A stretch of 32,000 bases of DNA from an uncultured bacterium (GTDB taxonomy: Bacteria > Margulisbacteria > WOR-1 > CAVSGV01), in contig OY969425.1 in NCBI GenBank assembly GCA_963699255.1, forward strand, positions 30,001 through 62,000. Direction: 5' to 3'. Every line of letters begins with the position of its first letter. Within the stretch, counting starts at the first letter, position 1. The translations under genes were made by a program, and so were the position numbers. The notes under the pieces are model-generated. The model saw only the letters and a list, made by a program, of their open reading frames with translations. It searched no databases and was not told the DNA's origin. This document shows positions 17,001-22,663 of the stretch, in pieces.

Positions 17001-19754
17001 TGCCAGCTTACCAATCTTTCTCCAACCGTGACCTATCAGGTAAGGGTGATATCGGAGATAGGCGCGCTGCAAAGCTTCCCGTCCAATCCGCCGGATACTT
17101 TCTACACTCTGGAAAGGCCATGGGTGGACACCTATAAGCCTGACTCAACCCAGATATATGTTACCTGGGGGCCGGAGGTCAATACATCAGAAGTAGCTGT
17201 TCCGCTCGCGGACCATTATCTCCTGCAATACAGCCAGAACGGCGGAACATCATGGACGACTTATTCGGCCAAGATCCTGGATAACACCGTTCACGATGAC
17301 GCGACCAACCTGAATTTGAACATATTATTGAGCGGCCTGATCACAAATTCAACATATGAGGTCCAGATGAGGACCGTTGACAGCACGGGCGGGTTGAGCG
17401 ACTGGTCGGCCATCAAGACGTTCCACACGATAAGAGCGCCCTGGTGGATAGACGCGACCATTACGGGAGCCGACTCTGCCAACATATTCTGGGACAATGT
17501 GTCAGCTCCGCAGTATGAACTCAGGTACAGCCATAATCCTTCAGCTGAAGGTGCAGGCATGACCGTTGTTACTACTACGGATGCAAAGTGCGCTGTCGCC
17601 GGCCTAGATGTCAATTCCACGTATTATGCGAAGGTCAGGGCGCTGACAGTCGCCGGCGCGAGCGACTGGTCGCCCATAAAGATGTTCGGTACGTTGCCCG
17701 GACCGACCTGGATATCTAATTATTTGACAACGACCACCTCGACCTCGTTCACCTGGGAGGGGGTTGCCGGGACTTATGAGGTGAGCTACGGGACAAATAC
17801 GGATGCTTCAGGCACCCTTATTTATCCGTTCATGCCGACCGATCCTTTTATCACAGGTATTACCGGGCTGACGCCGAAGACATGGTATCACGCGAAAGTG
17901 AGGGCTTATTCCAGCGGGAGCGTAAGCTCATGGTCGCCGATAGATGACTTTTTCACTATACCCGCTCCGAACAATGTTGCCTGGACAGGGTCCACTATAA
18001 CCACAGCATCCATAACATGGGAGCCGGTGGACCTGGGCGGGACGCCGTGCACCTCTTATGAGGTAAGCTGGAGCCTGACGCCCGAGGTTACGGGAAGCGT
18101 CAGTATTATGACCAAAGAGGTTTACTCGACCATATCCGGCTTAACGACAGGTTCGACTTATTATGTGAAAGTCAGGGCGCGTGACGACGCCGACAGCGGA
18201 TACAGCAGCTGGGCGCCGTATCCTCCTCTTACTATCGTGGCGACGGATCAAGCTACGATAAACGATGTGAACGCGGGTTATGGCGTTACAGGCGGCTGGA
18301 GAGGCACAACGGTCATGATCGAAGGGATGAATTTCGGTTCAACTATGGGGACCGTTTCATTTGGATCAACGGTCGCGCAGCCCGGTTACTGGAAGAACAA
18401 TGAAATAGCCGTGTCCGTGCCGCCGACCGCGGTTTCAGGACCTAATGCCATAACGGTCGTGACCAATGCCGGGGTCACCGCGACGAGCGTCCCGTCAACA
18501 TTTTTCTTTACCGTGACCGACGGCGGGGTTGTTCTTGATGACTTTGAAGGCGGCGCGTGGCAGTTCTCCACCTGCGAGGTCGGACCTCTGAACTCCGTGA
18601 GCGCAGTGAAGAACTACACCAACCCGCAGGAGAGGAACACTTATTTGACGGTTGAATGCAACGGGACCGCGGCTTATGAAATAGTGGGCGGGGTTACCCC
18701 GTACGGCGACCAGCCTACCGAGAATGGCATCGACATAAGTTCATGCAAGCAGATAAAGCTCTGGTTCAAAGGCGACGGCTCCACGAATATCGCCACATTC
18801 GAGCTGGGCGAAAGCAATATGGCGCCCGGAAACAATCCGACGAACCCGAATGCCGCGGAAATATGGGCATATAATGTTCCGATCTCCATGTCTAATACGA
18901 ACTGGCAGCAGATAACCATAAACCTGACCACTGAAGGGGCGGGCAGTTTCGCGGTTACCAACTACTGGCCCGGAGACGGCGTTCTTGAACTTAACATGAT
19001 AAAGAGCTACCAGATACTTACGAGCGGCGGGAACCCGAAATCATACGCTGTAGATTATATTTTCGCGACGACGGAAGCAGGCGGAGGCCCTGGGACAGTT
19101 AGCTATAATCTTCAGAATAATGCATCAGGGAACGTCAACTGGGTCGCATTTCCTTATACCGGTTCCGGATATAACACGACGACTGATCTGGCTGCGGCGA
19201 TAGGCAACACGATACCTATTGGTTCTCGTACCGCCTGGGTGGATGTTGTGGAAGTGAACGTATGGGATGCCACCGCCCAGTCTCAAACGACATATCAATC
19301 ATGGTGGGATGGGACCATCTGGAATGATCTGGGCAGCAACGCGAATCTGGTAGTTGGAGATATGTATACGGTTACGGTCCCAAGCAGCGCTAATGGGAAT
19401 GCTTTCTCGATCAATGGGAACACGCCTGCAAGCGGTTCTGTTTCATTTACTCTTCAGAATAATGCATCCGGAAATGTCAACTGGATGACGATACCTGCGT
19501 ATTTATCGGGGATCGTGACAACGACCGATCTGGCAACATCAATAGGCAATAAGATACCGATAGGTTCTCGCACCGCATGGGTGGATGTTGTGGAAGTGAA
19601 CGTATGGGATCCCGTCGCTCAGTCTCAAACGACATATCAATCATGGTGGGATGGGACCATCTGGAATGATCTGGGCAGCAATACGGCCGTGGTTACACCA
19701 GGCGCGTATAAAGTAACAGTTCCATCGTCAGCAAATGGCCTTGTTTGGCCATAA
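11040..19754 (+). CDS. Giant (2904 aa as tracked, ~3040 aa if joined to 10634) multi-FN3 surface/adhesin protein
   Basis: The frame is open from 10941; the tracked start is GTG 11040. YVTN/lactonase-type propeller motifs are present (ITPDGKYLYVANY, IKPDGTRLYVGDR, VNTDGNRLFVKV, LSPNGWFMYFSN). About 21 FN3-like modules follow (W..., TTYEVQMRA.., SDWS signatures). Next comes an IPT/TIG-like domain (TTVMIEGMNFGSTMGTVSFG...ITVVTNAG), then a CBM-like domain (VLDDFEGGAWQF...). Two copies of an unknown 114-aa domain close the protein. Confidence 0.9.
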   Translation: MANYDDSFAGAGRRVYILDVSNPSAMTVAGSFQVAASDSTVNLWGIAIKPDGTRLYVGDRYNYYGYYKVCVYNIAGANRTSPQHVTDINLGTTKNPTYLAVNTDGNRLFVKVDETADPGDGARKDVEMYDISGPTPVLMAEVYKITGNNYRSYLPGDHLPTGNDLDTRNGSEGMALSPNGWFMYFSNFNGPSGDGSLYYRDTLYGSSIANLTNGFDRTNPGDIWVSWGGCTQESPAIWSGWHSSDGIIATRNNKVYFTYSDVSVTPEYLSVPTTTDANIPPTAPKITYPLPQATNVSGFITWEPSLDDGIGPHGLTYTVETIEASTLEGGTTAWNHMAYTATGEVYTPLIGVKPGGTYYARVQAFDGTYTSPWSYTGPFTMDANFLLPPTWESSYLITSREAVIDWASVAAADSYIIQYRITGEATWHSTSAIASTYRYNSTDPNPNYRLTNLTPSATYEVNLIAVRSGVKSVPSSKPYVSFYTLEEPWVSHARVTSTEAYILWGPEVSTLELNVPNAVNYECWYRIQNAPVDWTRVTWPSGKQDSTTMTVLNAKLSGLTASTTYEVRMRTVDAYGGRSLWSPIHDVYTMERPWVSHAKVTSTEAYILWGPEESTSFNIPNAASYQYQYMKKTDTSWTTGPEPLSKRDDGTMPVLNFKLSNLTASTTYEVQMRALDVYGRTSDWSATDEVYTLESPWVSHAKTSTNESYILWGSSTSFEVRNATTYEARARITSSASWDAVPIKGVPRYNRDDGTMSPTLNIKLSSLLGFTPIVNTTYEVRMRARNAGGASDWSATNEVYVLGTPWVSAAKVTSKEAYILWGPVGETGLDVTGATSYQCWYRVQNAPVDWTKVTWPVGKQDDRTMATLNAKLSGLTASTTYEVQMRAVGSGGYSDWSPIYDVFTFERPWVNHANVKATEAYILWGPEESASLNIPNAASYVYQYRKPADTSWTSGPEPLSKQDDGTMPVLNFKLTGLTALTTYEVQMKALDSIGRSSDWSATNEVFTLECPWVSHAKTSTNEAYILWGSTTSFEVINATTYEAKARIASSASWASIPSIGVPRYNRDDATMSPTLNIKLSKLLGYAPTTGVTYEVIMRADGPGGYSDWSATHEVFMLESPWVGHAKVATNEAIILWGATTSFEVQGATSYQAMACAKNGAWQPIVSVPNFNIDDGTISPTATSMFNIKLSKLLGSAPTLNTTYEVMMRAVGSAGYSDWSATHEVYILGAPWVSHANVTATQEYVLWGPIGQSGLNVTGAVSYEYQYKRKIDTSWIGGSEPLSKRDNILMSCLNFRLTGLTASTTYDVQVRSVGTYGRSDWSATDEVYTLESPWVSYANITTNEASILWGSTSSFEVINAATYEAKARIQGGASWDTISSIGVPRYNRDDPTMAPTLNIKLSKLLGIAPTSGVTYEVIMRADNAGGVSDWSATAEVFMIGTPWVSHAKVSSKEAYVLWGPIGQSGLDVTGASSYECRYRIKGAQVPWTTKIEPLGKQDDPTMPVLNFELSNLTPSTTYQIQMRADGTGGNSGWSATDEVYTLETPWVNHANVKKTEAYIIWGSISGGLDVPNAAYYKYQYKKLSSAVWMSGTQPLGMKDDPSMAVLNFRLAGLTASTSYEVQMKAVDALGGESDWSAIDYFITIQGPWWIDVSHVTGTSALISWDNTAPGVTQYDLRYSTAPSAELGTAVLTTDAQLAVTGLSTNTQYYAKVRAITAAGPSSWTSVAPFFTNPVVGPSWIAAFNTTTTATMVTWEGVSGATSYEVNYGINTMPMVWTSWAPSPQDQNYGGPITGLNPRTWYNLRVKLHSGASASEWSPTALFYTIPAPTGVTQIGSTVTTATITWEPVDMGGGTPAPAYEISWGVDATASGSGDAVTGNINYTMTGLTTGLTYYVTVRARESSNPSDGYSDWSPYPALQVVASGTMGPVAPAWSSHYLVTSNEAVVNWGSVALADHYIVQYKKLTDATWASVEVLSTYQYNTADTNPNCQLTNLSPTVTYQVRVISEIGALQSFPSNPPDTFYTLERPWVDTYKPDSTQIYVTWGPEVNTSEVAVPLADHYLLQYSQNGGTSWTTYSAKILDNTVHDDATNLNLNILLSGLITNSTYEVQMRTVDSTGGLSDWSAIKTFHTIRAPWWIDATITGADSANIFWDNVSAPQYELRYSHNPSAEGAGMTVVTTTDAKCAVAGLDVNSTYYAKVRALTVAGASDWSPIKMFGTLPGPTWISNYLTTTTSTSFTWEGVAGTYEVSYGTNTDASGTLIYPFMPTDPFITGITGLTPKTWYHAKVRAYSSGSVSSWSPIDDFFTIPAPNNVAWTGSTITTASITWEPVDLGGTPCTSYEVSWSLTPEVTGSVSIMTKEVYSTISGLTTGSTYYVKVRARDDADSGYSSWAPYPPLTIVATDQATINDVNAGYGVTGGWRGTTVMIEGMNFGSTMGTVSFGSTVAQPGYWKNNEIAVSVPPTAVSGPNAITVVTNAGVTATSVPSTFFFTVTDGGVVLDDFEGGAWQFSTCEVGPLNSVSAVKNYTNPQERNTYLTVECNGTAAYEIVGGVTPYGDQPTENGIDISSCKQIKLWFKGDGSTNIATFELGESNMAPGNNPTNPNAAEIWAYNVPISMSNTNWQQITINLTTEGAGSFAVTNYWPGDGVLELNMIKSYQILTSGGNPKSYAVDYIFATTEAGGGPGTVSYNLQNNASGNVNWVAFPYTGSGYNTTTDLAAAIGNTIPIGSRTAWVDVVEVNVWDATAQSQTTYQSWWDGTIWNDLGSNANLVVGDMYTVTVPSSANGNAFSINGNTPASGSVSFTLQNNASGNVNWMTIPAYLSGIVTTTDLATSIGNKIPIGSRTAWVDVVEVNVWDPVAQSQTTYQSWWDGTIWNDLGSNTAVVTPGAYKVTVPSSANGLVWP
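12501..15974 (+). repeat. Array of 11 tandem FN3-like modules (306-330 bp each), organised as three subtypes
   Basis: The module-initial PWV(S/N)HA motif (ccgtgggtgagccacgc and variants) occurs at 12501, 12816, 13125, 13452, 13761, 14070, 14397, 14727, 15033, 15360 and 15669. The subtype order is 1-2-3-1-2-3-3'-2'-3-1-2, so the first two triads (12501-13451, 13452-14396) form a ~950-bp supra-repeat. Confidence 0.9.
15975..18242 (+). repeat. Segmental duplication inside the giant gene: three-FN3 cassette 15975-16802 repeated at 17439-18242
   Basis: Cassette 1 reads PWWIDVSHVTG...YYAKVRAITAAGPSSW...TWEGVSGATSYEVNYG...TITWEPVDMGG...YYVTVRARE. Cassette 2 reads PWWIDATITGA...YYAKVRALTVAGASDW...TWEGVAGTYEVSYG...ITWEPVDLGG...YYVKVRARD. 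The spacer (16803-17438) repeats the X module of 12195-12500 plus one PWV module. The overall plan is therefore [X + PWV x11 + cassette][X' + PWV x1 + cassette']. Confidence 0.85.
19098..19751 (+). repeat. Tandem 342-bp duplication encoding two copies of an unknown C-terminal domain
   Basis: Copy 1 is 19098-19439 (VSYNLQNNASGNVNW...) and copy 2 is 19440-19751 (VSFTLQNNASGNVNW...). Exact DNA runs of 33 and 62 nt are shared between 19221-19339 and 19563-19681, while the flanks are diverged. Confidence 0.95.
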
Positions 19755-19779
19755 TTTTATAAACGGGAGGAAGATTTTT

Positions 19780-22179
19780 ATGATAAAAATGAATTTAAAT
19801 AGAGGAGGGAAGATAGGGCTGCTGATGCTTATGGTGGCGGCAGTTCTGTGCGTAACCGCCAGTGCGTCATTTGCGGTCACGGATCAGACCTGGCTTAAAA
19901 CCGCTGCCGGGGGGCAGGTTGCTGCGGCCGGGAATTGCCGTTTTATAGCCGTTGCAAAAGGCGATGACAGCTACATCATGACAGAGGACGACGGCGGCGC
20001 GAGTTATGCCGACTCGAACGGTGCATATATGGCAGCTGGAACTACAGGATTTGCCAAAACGGACAGCACTCACTGGTCGACAGGATGGATCGTTGCAACG
20101 GATACTTACGCTATATGGGTTTCTTCGATCGCGGACGGTCAGACCGGCACTGCTTCAGGCACGATCGGCACCACTTCACCGAATTACACTACTCCGGGGA
20201 CCAACGCATCCCAGCTGTCTCTGGCAACGACCAGTTATATGGCCGCGCCGGGGAACTTTAAAGCATATGCCGGGGACAAAGTTGCATTATTGAAATGGGA
20301 TGCGGTGACAGGCGCAACAAAGTACAGGATATTCAAGGGACCGGTAACCGGCAATTCCAACAGTCTGTATTCAAAAGTGGGAACAACAACCGGTCTTTGT
20401 TATGAAGATACTTCCTTAACGGATGGAACGGCCTATTATTATATAGTTGTGCCTATGAACGGCAGCAATTGGTACGGTGTTCATGCCAATCAGTTATCGG
20501 TGACACCAAGCGCAACAGGCGCGCCGACCATATCATTGAACCCCACGACCGGTATCGTAGGCTCATCGGTCACGATAACCGGCACAAATTTTGGGGCCGC
20601 ACAGGGGACCGGGTTCGTTGAGTTCAATGGAGTGGTGGCTACGGTAACTTCATGGAGCGCTACTTCAGTGGTTGTAACAGTTCCGACCGGCGCGACAACG
20701 GGCCTTGTTTGTTTAGTTAACTCATCCAATGCCGCAAGCAATGGCGTCACTTTTACGGTTTCCACGCCCGGCACTCCTTCATTTACCAGTATTACTCCCT
20801 CAAGCGGATATAAGGGCGACACGCTCACAAGCGTTGCTATAGTGGGTGCGAATACGAACTTTGTTAATGGAACGACCACGGTGAGCATTAGCGGGAGCAA
20901 TGTGACCGTAAGCAATGTTACCGTGACCAACTCCACACATTTAACCTGTGATATCGCCATAGCTGCCGGGGCAGCCGCGGGAGCAAGGGATGTTGTTGTT
21001 ACGACCGGCAGCGAAGTCGTTACCGGGACAGGATCTTTCACGGTCAAAGCACCTGTATTCACGAGCATTTCTCCGGCCAGTGAAGCGGAGGGGACGACTA
21101 CCAGCGTGACCATAGTTGGAACAGGAACGCACTTTACCGGAACGCCTACTGTGACCTTTAGCGGGACCGGCGTTACCGCCAGCGGCATTTCTGTAACCGA
21201 TGCCACGCATTTAACATGTAATGCCGTCATCGTGGCCGTCACGGCATTGACAGCAAGGGATGTCACCGTAACGACCGGCAGTGAAACCGTTACCGGTACC
21301 GGCGTATTCACGGTCACTTCCGGAGCGCCGACCGTTACCAGCGTTTCTCCGTCAAGCGGGGCGTCGCCGGCTACGGGAATAACGATATCAGGAACGAATT
21401 TCAACGGCGTAACAGGTATAGTTATCGGCTCTACCGCGATAACCACATACACCGTTTCAAGCGCAACATCCATAACCGGCGTTTCCATCCCTTCCGGATT
21501 GGCTGCCGGAGCATATGATATAAAGGTCACGAACGCGTCAGGGACGAGCTCAGTTGTGGCAGGGGATAAATATACGGTAACACCCGGAGTGCCCACCGTT
21601 ACGAGCGTTTCTCCGTCAAGCGGAGCGTCGCCGAATACGGGAATAACGATATCAGGAACGAATTTCAGCGGCGTAACAGGTATAGTTATCGGTTCTACCG
21701 CTATAACCACATACACCGTTTCAAGCGCAACATCCATAACCGGCGTTTCCATCCCCTCCGGACTGGCTGCCGGTATATATGATATACAGGTGACGAACTC
21801 GTCAGGTCAGAGCTCGATCACGGCAGGGGATAAATATACGGTTATCGCCGGCGGCGGCGGCAATGGCTCGGGCATATATGAAGGAGCCGGCGGAGTAATG
21901 ATGGCTTATCCGAACCCGTTCAATCCGCTGGACAAGGCCAATCCGCTCAAGATGCTATTTAACGTGGCTACCGGAGAAGCGGTTGATATTTACATCTTTG
22001 ACACGAACGGAAGGGTGATCTACCAGGACAGGAACAGCGCGATCAATGCGGACAGAACGGTTACTTGGTCCGGAGACACAGCATATGGCGAAACAGTGGA
22101 TAACGGGCTCTACCTTATAAGGGTCGTAAACAACGGAAAACTGGTCGCAAAGGGCAAGATCCTGGTAATAAAGAATTGA
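19780..22179 (+). CDS. 800-aa secreted FN3 + IPT/TIG/Ig-repeat protein with a T9SS-type (FlgD-Ig-like) C-terminal sorting domain
   Basis: ATG 19780 follows GGGAGGA (19765-19771); the ORF track starts at 19735, inside the upstream gene. The signal peptide is KIGLLMLMVAAVLCVTASASFA. An FN3 domain is present (ALLKWDAVTGATKYRIF...YYYIVVP). Five IPT/Ig-like modules follow (SVTITGTNFG..). The C-terminus is AYPNPFNPL...VDIYIFDTNGRVIY...WSGD...NGLYLIRV...KGKILVIKN. Confidence 0.9.
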   Translation: MIKMNLNRGGKIGLLMLMVAAVLCVTASASFAVTDQTWLKTAAGGQVAAAGNCRFIAVAKGDDSYIMTEDDGGASYADSNGAYMAAGTTGFAKTDSTHWSTGWIVATDTYAIWVSSIADGQTGTASGTIGTTSPNYTTPGTNASQLSLATTSYMAAPGNFKAYAGDKVALLKWDAVTGATKYRIFKGPVTGNSNSLYSKVGTTTGLCYEDTSLTDGTAYYYIVVPMNGSNWYGVHANQLSVTPSATGAPTISLNPTTGIVGSSVTITGTNFGAAQGTGFVEFNGVVATVTSWSATSVVVTVPTGATTGLVCLVNSSNAASNGVTFTVSTPGTPSFTSITPSSGYKGDTLTSVAIVGANTNFVNGTTTVSISGSNVTVSNVTVTNSTHLTCDIAIAAGAAAGARDVVVTTGSEVVTGTGSFTVKAPVFTSISPASEAEGTTTSVTIVGTGTHFTGTPTVTFSGTGVTASGISVTDATHLTCNAVIVAVTALTARDVTVTTGSETVTGTGVFTVTSGAPTVTSVSPSSGASPATGITISGTNFNGVTGIVIGSTAITTYTVSSATSITGVSIPSGLAAGAYDIKVTNASGTSSVVAGDKYTVTPGVPTVTSVSPSSGASPNTGITISGTNFSGVTGIVIGSTAITTYTVSSATSITGVSIPSGLAAGIYDIQVTNSSGQSSITAGDKYTVIAGGGGNGSGIYEGAGGVMMAYPNPFNPLDKANPLKMLFNVATGEAVDIYIFDTNGRVIYQDRNSAINADRTVTWSGDTAYGETVDNGLYLIRVVNNGKLVAKGKILVIKN
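21322..21849 (+). repeat. Near-identical tandem 264-bp duplication (two IPT/TIG modules, 88 aa each)
   Basis: 21322-21585 and 21586-21849 differ at only a few scattered positions (GAPTVTSVSPSSGASPATGITISGTNFNGV... versus GVPTVTSVSPSSGASPNTGITISGTNFSGV...). Confidence 0.95.
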
Positions 22180-22230
22180 AGCCTTTTAAACCCTCCGTCA
22201 ATAACTGACCCAGGGAAATTTCATTCGGAC

Positions 22231-22252
22231 GTCCCGACGCTATAGTCGGGGC
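22231..22252 (+). terminator. Hairpin about 50 nt after the stop at 22179 (possible terminator)
   Basis: In gtcccgac-gctata-gtcggggc the core stem cccgac/gtcggg is perfect. No T-tract follows. Confidence 0.3.
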
Positions 22253-22493
22253 AAATGAACAGCCATGATACTAAAAGTTTGTCAACATTTTAATGGTTTT
22301 TCCCGTCCAATCTGTGGGGCTTCCGCTATTCTTTCATGTGATCGAACATCTCGAACGCGCGATATTTACATGTACATATATATACATAACAGACTTGATA
22401 TCAGGATCGCGGGCTCTGGAAGCGCGAAAAGAATTTGATGGAAAATCGTCCGCCGGAGGCGGGCGGTACCTTACCGGTAATTTTGGTGAAAAG

Positions 22494-22521
22494 TGAAATT
22501 TATCCAGCGATCGGTCGATAA
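22494..22521 (+). promoter_or_regulatory. Distal sigma28-class-like promoter copy upstream of the PorV-like/SLH gene
   Basis: TGAAATTT (22494-22501), 12-nt spacer, GTCGATAA (22514-22521). It lies exactly 80 bp upstream of the proximal copy and shares the 11-mer AAGTGAAATTT with it. Confidence 0.4.
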
Positions 22522-22573
22522 TAATAAGAGAGGAACTGACAGGATTGATCGGTCAGGGAAATTAAAGAAGAAG

Positions 22574-22601
22574 TGAAATTTAAAGTGGATTTTAACGATA
22601 T
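22574..22601 (+). promoter_or_regulatory. Proximal sigma28-class-like promoter upstream of the PorV-like/SLH gene
   Basis: TGAAATTT (22574-22581), 12-nt spacer, AACGATAT (22594-22601). It ends 62 nt before ATG 22664. It shares the exact AGTGAAATTT-N15-GATATATATAT with the site at 11-46. Confidence 0.5.
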
Positions 22602-22663
22602 ATATATAGAGGGAAAGGATATAAGAGGATCAATATATCAGGCGATCAGGGGGAGAAATTCAA

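Noticed and set aside
19098-19751. A diversity-generating-retroelement VR/TR pair, considered because of two near-identical 342-bp copies at the C-terminus of a surface protein
   Set aside because: Both copies are in-frame parts of the same gene. Their differences involve all four bases rather than adenine-specific substitutions. I recognised no reverse transcriptase in the window.
20490-21752. 420-aa ORF on the minus strand
   Set aside because: It lies antisense to the Thr/Val/Gly-rich IPT repeats. The open frame is a by-product of the repetitive codon composition. The + strand product has a signal peptide, recognisable domains and a sorting domain.
22338-22365. A fifth sigma28-like site, based on cgCGATAT at 22358-22365
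   Set aside because: The -10-like core is present, but the position 12 nt upstream reads gtgatcga, with no TGAAATT element. It was therefore not counted.
22293-22496. 67-aa + strand ORF in the long intergenic region
   Set aside because: It has no Shine-Dalgarno sequence and runs through AT-alternating and hairpin sequence. Its product (..TCTYIYITD..) is implausible. The region is better explained as regulatory or RNA sequence.
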